The notes below the pieces were generated by a model. It ran no database searches. It was not told where the DNA came from and worked only from the letters and a program-made list of their open reading frames with translations. 64,000 nucleotides of DNA from positions 2,528,001 through 2,592,000 of the forward strand of contig OZ243938.1 of assembly GCA_965214095.1 (NCBI GenBank), read 5' to 3'. A program made the position numbers and the translations under genes. The stretch is from Candidatus Poribacteria bacterium. GTDB lineage: Bacteria > Poribacteria > WGA-4E > WGA-3G. Shown piece by piece: positions 41,591 through 51,202 of this stretch (the first letter of the stretch is position 1; each line of letters starts with the position of its first letter).

Positions 41591-44500
41591 TTGAACCCAA
41601 TATCCACAGATGGATATAGATGTCTATTTATCCTCGCACTCACATTGCTTCTTCTCGCAAAGCCTGCCTTGACTGCGAATAAAGACGAATCCACACCGAC
41701 ACCTCAACAAGAAAATACTGCAAATACACCAATAGAAAACCCGTTTACCAAAAAACCGAAAGAAGACAGTTGGTTAGAAAGTGATACGCAAACAGAACCC
41801 ACTGAGGACGAATCTGAAGCACGAGACGAAGATACAGAACAGGCACTACGTCGTCAGTTACTAATGCCATATTTAGAGTCCATACGCCGCTGGAGAAATC
41901 CGCCTGACCTCGGCGACCTATCTGAATTATATGATTGGACCCCGCGCAAAAAATCAGATACAAAAGGCATTGATCTGCCTATGGATTCAAACCTACAGAT
42001 TACTGGTTTCCAGTCTGTAACAGTTGAAGTCAACAGAACACACTATTTCGGTGAAGGAGACTTGAACAGATACGGAGGATACGGATATAGTAGTTACGGT
42101 GGTTACGATTCCGGTCTGGACCTCGGCTTAAGCTCATCCTACGGATATGAAGATTTTGGCTACGGCGGCTATGGAGGTGGATACGATAGTTTTGGGTCAG
42201 GTTCCTCAAGCTACGGTAGCGGATATAGCAGTTATGGAAGCAGAGGAGTTCCTCGCGCATCAGGCATCAACATACGACAACAGCAAAAGATAGGTCTACA
42301 CGGACGCGTCGGTGAACGCACGCATATCGCTGTAGATTACAACGCAGGTGATACATACGGAGGAGGATATGGGGGTTATGGTGGCGGATATAGCGGATAT
42401 GGACTCGGTGGTGCAAAAGAACAGAAAATCAAAATCTGGTATGAAGGAAAACCCGATAGCATCATCAAGACAATATCATTTGGAGACATTACACTCAGCC
42501 TTCCCAACACACGTTTTCTCAATATCAACCGAAATCTGTTCGGACTTGAAGGTGTTTTCGAATATAAGAACACACGGCTAACCGCATTCGGTTCACGAAG
42601 TAAAGGTGTCCGTGAAGTGCGGACGTTCCGAGGACAATCACGCAGAGCAAGTTTCGGATACGGTCCGCGCGGTATTCAGGTCGCCGATTCAAATTATGTT
42701 AAGAATAGATACTATCTAATCCATAAGGGTGAAGACGGTCTGCTACACGACGCATATCTCCCAATAAAATCAGGAAGTGTGGAAATCTATATTGATGATA
42801 GTGTCGTCGGAAACAACCAAGGTGGACAACGAACCAGTCAAGGATATTTCAACCCACAGTTCCCCGGTCAAGACTACAACATTGACTATGAAACAGGTGA
42901 AATCGAATTCCTTTCCCAAATCTCGTCAAGTTATACTATCGTTGTCGCTTATGAATATTTAGGCGATGGCGGTGGAAGTGTTGGAAATCCAGGAAACGTC
43001 TTCGCTGATGAAAATGCTGACGGTTCTATTGATGAAGAAGGCGAACAGGTAGGATATGTTGTCCTAAAAGAGAAAGGGTTTCGCGGCACCGCTGCATCAC
43101 ACGTCTACTACATCGGAAACAGAAACATAAACCCACGCGATTTTACTTTGACGATTATCAGAGACGGACAAAGTGAAACCTTTGATACTGATACTGGACC
43201 TGTACCATATATTGCGATATTTGGATTAGACCAGAACGGCGATGGCATCGTCGACCCAGAGTTCATCGACTATGACAGAGGATTACTGCGTTTCCCATCA
43301 TCACGTCCTTTTGAGATACAAGATCCCCAACATCCATATTACAAATACAGAGACTCCCTTAACAATGAAGCAATATATCTGGAATCCTTACGCAGTACTG
43401 ATCAAGTCTACACCATCATCGCAGATTATTCCTATCAATCCGAAACATATAATGTCGGTCTGTTCGTCATTCCCGAAAGCGAAACCGTACGACTAAACGG
43501 CAAACTCCTTACCCGCGACACAGATTATTTGATGGTCTATGAAGTTGGTTCCATACGGTTTTTCAGTGAACTTGATGAGTTTGATGAGATCGTCGTAGAA
43601 TTTGAAAAAACACCATTCGGCGGTGGCACACAGCAAGCTGTCGCAGGTCTATGGCTTGAATACACACACAAACCTAAACCAAAATCATCAGAACAGCAAA
43701 ACCTTGAAGACAGGTTTAATAGATTAGGGGGAGGTCAAAACATACCTACAGGTTTAGATAACAACCTAAATACTGACCCGTTTTCCGGTGGTTTGTCTAA
43801 CACAGGATCACGTACTGGACGCGGATTCGGTAATACTGGCTTTGGATCAAGCGGATTCGGAACAAGTGGATTCGGTAGCGGCTTTGGCGGTGGAGGATAC
43901 AGCAGTTTCGGTGGGTTCGGAGGAAGATCCAGAAGCGGCTCCAGCTATTATGGCGGATACGGATCGGGTATGAATTATTTCAATCCTGTATTCCAAAAAG
44001 GCTTCAATATCTCAACTGGATACATCCTAACAACAGGACAACAACCCGCACAAATACCAGATGTCAACAGTGTGCCAAACAGATTACAGGCGTTTAACAT
44101 AAACACAAGTTTCGGCAGAGAATTCAACATCGCATGGTTAGTCAATCCACTTCCATTCGTCAACTCACGTTACTTCCCACTCTCCTTTGACTTCAGCGGG
44201 GAAGCCGCTTATTCACATAACAACCCAAATAGCGTCGGTGTTGCTATGATTGATAGTATGGAAGGCGTAAAACAGACTTCTACAATACCTACAAGAAAAT
44301 ATAATTGGAAACCAAGTAGTCTGCCTTATGTCCCAGAATCTCAACAGGCAGACCTATCCACAACCGACTATAGTGTTGTCCCAACACAAGAAAATAGAGC
44401 TCTCTTTAACGTCGTACTCAGAGATAGAGAGGAAGCAGATGCTGTTGGCAACTATATGCGAAACAGAGATGTACCAGCATCTTCTATACAACCACTTTCT

Positions 44501-47500
44501 CTCTCAACAGATGAACGGGTGGTCATGGAGATCGGATATGATTTTACAGACGTCGTCGCAGAATGGGGCGGATTCTCAAACGGTATATCAAAATCTGGAA
44601 CAGATTTCTCCGAACGCGGTTTCATCGAAATGTGGATGCGAGTACAAGGAGATGACGACGTTACGCTTTATCTCAATATCGGGGCTGTCAGTGAAGACTC
44701 AGACGCAGACCAAAGACTTGACAGTGAAGACCTACCACAATCTTTAGAAGACACCAACGGCGACAATATTGTTGACGCGCTTGACCTTGACCTTGAAAAC
44801 TTGCCTACAGATCAACAGAATCGCGCTAACGGGCAAATAGATAAAGGAGAGGATGTTGGATGGTTATTTGATGGTGAATTTCAACCCGAATCTTTTGGCG
44901 GAAACAACGATATTTTAGATAGCGAAGACCTAAACGGAGACGGTGTACTGGATACCGTTGACGCATATTTTCAAGTCGCTATTCCTCTCAATGAAATACC
45001 AAACGAATGGATAAAAGGTAAAAACACAAACGGATGGACATTTCTTAGCATACCGCTCACAGAATTAGCCCCTGAAGGCACACGGCTTCCAAGCCTTGTG
45101 TTTGTTCAACACTTCCGTCTGTGGTTGATGAAAAACCATCCAGGAAACGTTAAAGGCACATTCCAGTGGGCTTCTATTGAAATCGTCGGAAATCGATGGC
45201 AACAAGGGGTCGTCACAAAATCATTAAACGATACCGACTCCGGACTTTCAGATAGTCAAGTTGTGGAAAATACATTAGAAAAATTCATCGTCGGCACAAG
45301 AGACAACTTCAGTTTTGACGACTATCAGAGTGCATACATTGAAATTGAGGATGATGAACTCTTCAGGAAACTACACCCTTTCACAGCATCATCGCTCGGC
45401 TTCCAAACACAGCAGCAACGCGAACAAACACTCAGCTTAGAGTATTATCTCTATCCCGGTTCACACGGTATCACATCAAAACAACTCAAAGGGTACACGC
45501 AAAGTGAAGGACAAGATTTTAGCCAACATGATACACTACGATTTTGGTTATACGGAGACAATAGTGATACCACATTTGTCATGCAACTCGCACCCAGCGT
45601 GCGAAATACATACAGAAGTTCCTTTTACAGCTCCGACCCATTCCTCAACCAACCACAACAGGAAGAGGATGTTAACATCTTTGAAAACCTAACTGATTAT
45701 TATGAATACACAATACCACTTGACTTTGATGGTTGGAAACTGGTAGAAATTGACCTGCGGGACAATACACGCAACGAATATCCCGATAGTGTAGAGAACC
45801 AGGATGATGATACTGATACTACAAATCAGAATATCCAATCCGATCCTGTAGAAAACGCTCCTGATGGACATCCCGATGGTTTCACCGTCAGAAAAACAGG
45901 AACGGGTGTTAGCAGAACGCAGCTCACAATAAAAAACATCGGTGGTATTCTACTTGGTATCCGAAACGATACTGACCAAGAACTCAGTGGCGAAGTATGG
46001 GTGAACGAAATACATCTCGGTGACCCACTTATACGTTCTGGTTGGGCACGACGCGGTGATATGTCTGTTTCACTCGGTCGCATCCTCCGACTCCGCGGTG
46101 GATACGCAAGTCAGGACAAAGATTTTGAGAGCGGCGCAGGGGAAATCGGAAGGCAACGCTTATCTTCACGCGGATATAGCACCACAAACAACGACTACAA
46201 TATAAACGCTGATGTCACTATCTTCCAATGGCTACCTATCCGATATTCTATAAGAGAACAAGAGTCTGAAACGGAAGCACAACGTGGCAGCTACACCTCT
46301 TTTCAAAGTGGAAAAAGCCAAACACATAACAGAGATGTCTCTGTTAATTTCAACCGAAATCCCTTCCCTAACCTCGGTTTCGCATACAACTTCCAAGACT
46401 TCTGGAATGAACGCCAAGGCACACAGATTAGCCACTTATATACAGGGACCTTTCGCTACAGTATCGGCACAAAAGTCGGATTCAATATGCAATATCGCCA
46501 CGAAGACATTATCGCACAACCCGAAACCGCTACCGACACAACCGCATCGTCAACCTCCTTCTACAGCTACGGCTACGGCAGAAATCGTGATGAAAAAACA
46601 GATAGCGGCTCCATTTCTCTCAACATCAGTCCAATCAATGCATTTAGTCTCAATCCAAGCTATGATATTCGTAGAACGCTTGAAAGACGTGATCAAAGCC
46701 GATACAGACCCACCTCTTTCACATCCGGATTTGACACCACTGCTAATGACGATGACACTGAGGACACACCTACAGGCTTTTCCATCGCAGAAAGAGAACA
46801 TCGGGTTTCTCTTACTCCCCGACTCAACCGTGATCTTCTCGGTTTACGACCAACCGTCACAAGCCGTGCAAGTTTCCGAGAAAACTGGTTCACAACACAA
46901 AAAGACGCATCACTCAATGGAAACATCAACCTCGGTTTAAACCTGCGTATACAAAAATGGTTCGGATGGATATTCAAAAGTAAAGAACCTGAGATGGAAG
47001 GAACACAAAATGCACCCGAAAAACCTACAAATACACAAGCACCAAGCCAACAACTCATTGAACAAATGCGTAAAAGCGGTATTGATGAGGCACAAATACA
47101 AGAATATAAAGAAAAACAAAGCGATTGGATAAATCGAGACAAAGCAGAAATAGACCAAAGTCAACCTACAGATCTCGCAGCGCAACAAAAACAGGAAGGA
47201 CTCTTCCAACGCATCATCAACACATTTTCTATCAATACCAGCGCGAATTTCACCGCAACAGAATCGTTCCGTCAACTTGAATCGGATCAGAACCTATTAG
47301 ATGTTTGGCAACTTGAAAACGATGCAGAAGAACGCACAAATTCACGCAAAAGCAATCGTTACTCAGTTCGCACTTCCATGGAACCGTGGAAATGGTTGAC
47401 CTTCGGCACAAATCTCAGCACTGCCGATAGTTTTCGCAAAAGCTACGCTACAACCTATACATCACATGCTGAAACCTATGAGGGTGATATAAAACTAAAA

Positions 47501-48028
47501 ACACAAAAAGCAACAAGCTTCCAACTCCGCTACAGTTTCACGACACGAAATAATACAAACCTTGATGTCACCCTTAGCGATAGCACAGCACACACACCAT
47601 CGCTCAGTTGGATACATAAATGGAGTGATGAAACTAGAACTTCATTAGGTATCCGCACAACACTCCGCGACCATCTCCGAAGTGGCATTGAGAGCAACGC
47701 ACTCATCATTACCCCTAACTTTAGCATTGACTACAAATACCATACGGAAGGCGGAATCCGCTTACCCATTTTCGGCAGGATACCCTTAAGGCACGACCTT
47801 GACCTAACCAACACATTATCTTTAGCAATCCGAAGGGAGCACTACGGTGCGAACAAAGAAGAACGTTCTGAAAGGTATGAGACAACACTGCGCGTCGGTT
47901 ACAAACTCAGCAACCACCTTACAGCAAACCTACATCTTGGCGTGAGTTATAACAACGATAGAGTTGAAGAAGGAAGGGATTTCATATCAGTCGCAAGTGC
48001 ACTAACAGTCAGAGGCGAATTCCAATAA
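41591..48028 (+). CDS. Very large outer-membrane beta-barrel protein, SprA/Sov (T9SS translocon)-like, with Gly/Tyr/Phe/Ser low-complexity inserts
   Basis: TTG 41591 after GGAG, then a signal peptide; KIWYEGKPDSIIKTISFGDITLSLP..F....NLFGL, DYNIDYETG, SETVRLNG..L.RD.DY, IDSMEG, LDSEDLNGDGVLD and GEVWVNEI; amphipathic beta-strands at the C-terminus ending VRGEFQ. Confidence 0.75.
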   Translation: MNPISTDGYRCLFILALTLLLLAKPALTANKDESTPTPQQENTANTPIENPFTKKPKEDSWLESDTQTEPTEDESEARDEDTEQALRRQLLMPYLESIRRWRNPPDLGDLSELYDWTPRKKSDTKGIDLPMDSNLQITGFQSVTVEVNRTHYFGEGDLNRYGGYGYSSYGGYDSGLDLGLSSSYGYEDFGYGGYGGGYDSFGSGSSSYGSGYSSYGSRGVPRASGINIRQQQKIGLHGRVGERTHIAVDYNAGDTYGGGYGGYGGGYSGYGLGGAKEQKIKIWYEGKPDSIIKTISFGDITLSLPNTRFLNINRNLFGLEGVFEYKNTRLTAFGSRSKGVREVRTFRGQSRRASFGYGPRGIQVADSNYVKNRYYLIHKGEDGLLHDAYLPIKSGSVEIYIDDSVVGNNQGGQRTSQGYFNPQFPGQDYNIDYETGEIEFLSQISSSYTIVVAYEYLGDGGGSVGNPGNVFADENADGSIDEEGEQVGYVVLKEKGFRGTAASHVYYIGNRNINPRDFTLTIIRDGQSETFDTDTGPVPYIAIFGLDQNGDGIVDPEFIDYDRGLLRFPSSRPFEIQDPQHPYYKYRDSLNNEAIYLESLRSTDQVYTIIADYSYQSETYNVGLFVIPESETVRLNGKLLTRDTDYLMVYEVGSIRFFSELDEFDEIVVEFEKTPFGGGTQQAVAGLWLEYTHKPKPKSSEQQNLEDRFNRLGGGQNIPTGLDNNLNTDPFSGGLSNTGSRTGRGFGNTGFGSSGFGTSGFGSGFGGGGYSSFGGFGGRSRSGSSYYGGYGSGMNYFNPVFQKGFNISTGYILTTGQQPAQIPDVNSVPNRLQAFNINTSFGREFNIAWLVNPLPFVNSRYFPLSFDFSGEAAYSHNNPNSVGVAMIDSMEGVKQTSTIPTRKYNWKPSSLPYVPESQQADLSTTDYSVVPTQENRALFNVVLRDREEADAVGNYMRNRDVPASSIQPLSLSTDERVVMEIGYDFTDVVAEWGGFSNGISKSGTDFSERGFIEMWMRVQGDDDVTLYLNIGAVSEDSDADQRLDSEDLPQSLEDTNGDNIVDALDLDLENLPTDQQNRANGQIDKGEDVGWLFDGEFQPESFGGNNDILDSEDLNGDGVLDTVDAYFQVAIPLNEIPNEWIKGKNTNGWTFLSIPLTELAPEGTRLPSLVFVQHFRLWLMKNHPGNVKGTFQWASIEIVGNRWQQGVVTKSLNDTDSGLSDSQVVENTLEKFIVGTRDNFSFDDYQSAYIEIEDDELFRKLHPFTASSLGFQTQQQREQTLSLEYYLYPGSHGITSKQLKGYTQSEGQDFSQHDTLRFWLYGDNSDTTFVMQLAPSVRNTYRSSFYSSDPFLNQPQQEEDVNIFENLTDYYEYTIPLDFDGWKLVEIDLRDNTRNEYPDSVENQDDDTDTTNQNIQSDPVENAPDGHPDGFTVRKTGTGVSRTQLTIKNIGGILLGIRNDTDQELSGEVWVNEIHLGDPLIRSGWARRGDMSVSLGRILRLRGGYASQDKDFESGAGEIGRQRLSSRGYSTTNNDYNINADVTIFQWLPIRYSIREQESETEAQRGSYTSFQSGKSQTHNRDVSVNFNRNPFPNLGFAYNFQDFWNERQGTQISHLYTGTFRYSIGTKVGFNMQYRHEDIIAQPETATDTTASSTSFYSYGYGRNRDEKTDSGSISLNISPINAFSLNPSYDIRRTLERRDQSRYRPTSFTSGFDTTANDDDTEDTPTGFSIAEREHRVSLTPRLNRDLLGLRPTVTSRASFRENWFTTQKDASLNGNINLGLNLRIQKWFGWIFKSKEPEMEGTQNAPEKPTNTQAPSQQLIEQMRKSGIDEAQIQEYKEKQSDWINRDKAEIDQSQPTDLAAQQKQEGLFQRIINTFSINTSANFTATESFRQLESDQNLLDVWQLENDAEERTNSRKSNRYSVRTSMEPWKWLTFGTNLSTADSFRKSYATTYTSHAETYEGDIKLKTQKATSFQLRYSFTTRNNTNLDVTLSDSTAHTPSLSWIHKWSDETRTSLGIRTTLRDHLRSGIESNALIITPNFSIDYKYHTEGGIRLPIFGRIPLRHDLDLTNTLSLAIRREHYGANKEERSERYETTLRVGYKLSNHLTANLHLGVSYNNDRVEEGRDFISVASALTVRGEFQ

Positions 48029-48041
48029 TCACTATTCATTC

Positions 48042-48159
48042 TTATACCATTTCTAATAGAAAACGCCGCATTTTTGTAGCATAAACTGCCAGTTTGTGCA
48101 GTCCTTCAAGACATTCTTAACAAATGTTAATGGGATAAACATTTATAGAAATGGTATTA
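48042..48159. mobile_element. 118-bp MITE-like element, second copy
   Basis: Direct repeat of 33420-33537 with 4 mismatches. Confidence 0.8.
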
Positions 48160-48173
48160 ATTGTATGTGGCGG

Positions 48174-48632
48174 TCAATAAGGAATAACAAAATCAACGCG
48201 CATCGGAATCCCAGAGGAAAAAGGAAGACCCAAAAACCACCTGACACCCGAAATCCCATCCAAACCCACGTAAACCGTGCGGGTGTAGACAGGGTTTCCT
48301 GTCTCATATTTGGCATACATAGAAACATGATCACCAACCGGAACTTCACGTTCAAATATATACTCTCCTTGAGAATCTGTCAAAACTGGCTGACATTTCG
48401 TAAAAATGTTATCGGCAGACCAAGAAATCTCTATATTCTCTAACTTACTGGGATCTGTATCTCCATTCTCCATAACGACTTTACCGTAAACCGTTCCCTT
48501 AAAAAAGCTGCACCATACATCTACTACTATTACTTCTAAAATGGGAATCAGTATAAACATAACGAATATCAATACTATAATCGTTATTGGATACCATCTA
48601 TTGTTGAAGAAACTGTGAAAGACATTTTTCAT
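48174..48632 (-). CDS. Membrane-anchored hypothetical protein, paralog family member (prealbumin/carboxypeptidase-regulatory-like beta domain)
   Basis: N-terminal TM; FFKGTVYGKV, VLTDSQGEYIF and GVRWFLGLPFSSGIPMRVDFVIP. Confidence 0.65.
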   Translation of the reverse strand: MKNVFHSFFNNRWYPITIIVLIFVMFILIPILEVIVVDVWCSFFKGTVYGKVVMENGDTDPSKLENIEISWSADNIFTKCQPVLTDSQGEYIFEREVPVGDHVSMYAKYETGNPVYTRTVYVGLDGISGVRWFLGLPFSSGIPMRVDFVIPY

Positions 48633-48856
48633 AATAGGTGTTTGTAGTCGCGCAATTCATTGCGCCTCGGACATTCAGCACCAGAGATGCGGCAGGTGTA
48701 TAGAAACCAGGCACCATCACAGACCAAGCCCCAGCGGGGCGACACTCCAACTCGTATCCGCACATTTCATTGTAGCGTGGGTCTCCGGGAAATCATGGCG
48801 AATGCCAAAGGCGCATTCGTCAAAAGACATTCATACCGTTGATTTGGTGCCCGCCA

Positions 48857-49891
48857 TCAATTTCCAATAATCGGAGGCGGTATATCAGGAATCACAAAAT
48901 CAACACGTTTCGGAATACCAGAAGATATCGGAAGACCAAGAAACCTTCTGACTCCCTCAATTCCTTCAACTCTATTACGAATTTCGCGATAATATCCAGG
49001 TGTTTCAGTTTCATATTTCACCGTAATACGAACGGTATTACTATTTACTGAGACGCAATTATCAAAGCGGTACTCACCATTAGAGTTTGTTAAAACAGGC
49101 CTCCACTTCTTGGGAATCCATTTTGAATCGCCTGTGGAACCTAAATAGACCTCTATATTCTCTAATCGGTTTGTATTTCCATCTTCCCTGGTGACTTGTC
49201 CATAGATGGATCCCTCAAAAAATCTACTCCATATCTCCGTCAATGGTCCTAAGAACATGACTATAATCATAACAGTTCCGAATATTACCTCAGGCACGTA
49301 GTGATAACTGTAGGTTCTGCGAGCGGGTCTGTGAGTTGCAATAGTATTCTCTGGAATATTGGGAACAACAAGGTCAACAGCTATCGCTTCTCCGGACGAA
49401 ATTGGCAATCCGAATTTAGCATTCCCAAATAACCATCTCACACCTTCAAATTCACCGACATCTTCGGTAATAACCCTCCTATTTCCAACATCTACCCCTA
49501 ATGTAAATTTACGTCCCACAGGGATTTTACATTGGAAAATATATTCTCCCTTGGCGTTTTCAGATATAGGTTTGACTTTGACCTTGTAGTCAATGGCACG
49601 CAAAGATATATCTAAATTTAAATCTTGTTTTGATAGATCTTTATTCTTTTCAATGACAATCTTGCCGTTAACCGTGCCGAAAAACAACCTTCGCCATATC
49701 TGTGCAGCAATTCGAAAAAGGAAAACAACAGTTAGGTATGCAAAGAATTCGTGGTCGTAAATTATCCAATCAAAGTCCAAGAGTTTTGCAATTGTAATGA
49801 ATGTTCCAAATAATAAACTACCAGCAATCCAATCCATCAGATAGGACCAAAAGCTTTTATAGTTTCTACGTTGTGGTTTATATCTTGCCAT
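48857..49891 (-). CDS. Membrane hypothetical protein with two copies of the same paralogous TM+beta module
   Basis: Module 1 FFGTVNGKI...GVRWLFGNAKFGLPISSG; module 2 FFEGSIYGQV...GVRRFLGLPISSGIPKRVDFVIPD. Confidence 0.7.
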   Translation of the reverse strand: MARYKPQRRNYKSFWSYLMDWIAGSLLFGTFITIAKLLDFDWIIYDHEFFAYLTVVFLFRIAAQIWRRLFFGTVNGKIVIEKNKDLSKQDLNLDISLRAIDYKVKVKPISENAKGEYIFQCKIPVGRKFTLGVDVGNRRVITEDVGEFEGVRWLFGNAKFGLPISSGEAIAVDLVVPNIPENTIATHRPARRTYSYHYVPEVIFGTVMIIVMFLGPLTEIWSRFFEGSIYGQVTREDGNTNRLENIEVYLGSTGDSKWIPKKWRPVLTNSNGEYRFDNCVSVNSNTVRITVKYETETPGYYREIRNRVEGIEGVRRFLGLPISSGIPKRVDFVIPDIPPPIIGN

Positions 49892-49909
49892 TGATTTGGT
49901 GCCCCGCCA

Positions 49910-50476
49910 TCAATCCCCAGTAATCGGAGGCGGCATATCAGAAATCACAAAATTAACCCGCTTCGGAATCCCAGAAGACATTGGAAATCCGAGCCAACGT
50001 TTACCCAGAAACCATCTGACACCTTCAAAATCATCAATAACTTGATGAACATAACGATTGTTCGTTAATTTCGCTGTTAGTGTGAGATGAGGTCTTAGCG
50101 GTATATTTTCAAAACGGAACTCCCCTTTTTCATCGGTAATTACAGGTGTATCCTTCCTTCGTAAGTGATGAGAGGGACCCCAGGAGACCTCAACATTCTT
50201 AATCGGAGCAGGTGAGGTATTGTCACTATTCAGAACAACAGTCCCGTAAACTGTCCCTTTAAAAAGGGATCTCATTTTTTTTGTTGCTGTCTCTATTGCA
50301 AATGTAATAAGGAGAATACAAAGGAGTGTACAAAGTAAACCTATTATTGGACCAAAAAGATCTAAAAAAATATATTGGTAAGTGTTTTCAAAAATCAAAT
50401 AATAAATCAAAAAGTTCATGAAGGATAAAACTGGGAACCATTTACTATTTAGACTTGAATGTTTTTTAGCGTTCAT
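49910..50476 (-). CDS. Membrane hypothetical protein, paralog family member
   Basis: 2 TM segments; LFKGTVYGTV, VITDEKGEFRF and GVRWFLGKRWLGFPMSSGIPKRVNFVISD. Confidence 0.7.
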   Translation of the reverse strand: MNAKKHSSLNSKWFPVLSFMNFLIYYLIFENTYQYIFLDLFGPIIGLLCTLLCILLITFAIETATKKMRSLFKGTVYGTVVLNSDNTSPAPIKNVEVSWGPSHHLRRKDTPVITDEKGEFRFENIPLRPHLTLTAKLTNNRYVHQVIDDFEGVRWFLGKRWLGFPMSSGIPKRVNFVISDMPPPITGD

Positions 50477-50558
50477 AACTTTTTCCTCTTAGAAAAAATC
50501 CGTTCGTAGTCGCACAATTCATTCCGCCTCTTACATTCTAATTCAAAAGGGAAATTCA

Positions 50559-50663
50559 TTATAGTAGATTTTGAAATTACTTGAACACTCTGCATCGGCG
50601 AGGTTAGGAAACCTCGCCTACCGTGGAACGATAGTGTCAACTTATATTTTAAATTCACTATAA
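50559..50663. mobile_element. MITE-like element (TTATAGT...ACTATAA) with REP GGCGAGGTTAGGAAACCTCGCCTAC
   Basis: Imperfect terminal IRs TTATAGTAGATTTTGAAAT / ATTTTAAATTCACTATAA. Confidence 0.7.
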
Positions 50664-50694
50664 TGTAACGTTTGGTATATAACGAAAACTCATA

Positions 50695-50847
50695 TTACCG
50701 CGTTGACGCGTGTAGTGGATTTTCTACTTTTCTCCGTAGAATAACTCCCCATTGGCCAACAACCCAAAGTGAATTGCCTTCTTTTGCACGGGTGATGACA
50801 TAGAGATCGTTATCTATATCGATATGCTCTTGTTGCCAAGTTTCACC
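50695..50847 (-). pseudogene. C-terminal fragment of a YCF48/BNR-like beta-propeller gene
   Basis: Manual translation GETWQQEHIDIDNDLYVITRAKEGNSLWVVGQWGVILRRKVENPLHASTR*; no start codon; abuts a MITE-type end at 50851-50865. Confidence 0.5.
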
Positions 50848-50983
50848 ATAATAGAATTGGTATAATGTCCGCAAATGGGAATAACGAAATTGTGTGGATA
50901 GTAATACGCTTTATTCCTCCATAGGTAGATAGAAAACGCCTAACTTTGTCAGAATAAATAGGTGTGGGGCACGGTTTATACAA

Positions 50984-51056
50984 TGGGGCGTACTGGATTT
51001 GAACCAGTGACTTCTACCGTGTGAAGGTAGCGCTCGTACCCCTGAGCTAACGCCCC
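50984..51056 (-). tRNA. tRNA-Val(CAC)
   Basis: GGGGCGTTAGCTCAG...CTACC TTCACAC GGTAG...GGTTCAAATCC...CGCCCCA; CCA not encoded. Confidence 0.95.
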
Positions 51057-51068
51057 GATGGAAGAGAA

Positions 51069-51141
51069 TGGGCCCACTAGGACTCGAACCTAGGACCAGC
51101 CGGTTATGAGCCGGCGGCTCTGACCACTGAGCTATGGACCC
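51069..51141 (-). tRNA. tRNA with CAT anticodon, most likely tRNA-Ile2 (lysidine)
   Basis: GGGTCCATAGCTCAG...GCCGG CTCATAA CCGGC...GGTTCGAGTCC; G1-C72 pair excludes initiator; downstream of rpoD like E. coli ileX. Confidence 0.9.
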
Positions 51142-51153
51142 TTACTACTTTTA

Positions 51154-51182
51154 ATTATAACTCGGTACTAACAAAAAATCAA
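51154..51182 (-). promoter_or_regulatory. Sigma-70 promoter of the tRNA pair
   Basis: Minus strand TTGATT-17 nt-TATAAT. Confidence 0.65.
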
Positions 51183-51202
51183 GTAATAATTCAATATGGA
51201 AA

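Noticed and set aside
48660-48842. 60-aa ORF between the paralog genes
   Set aside because: Made largely of REP-like palindromes (for example AGCCCCAGCGGGGC); not a credible gene
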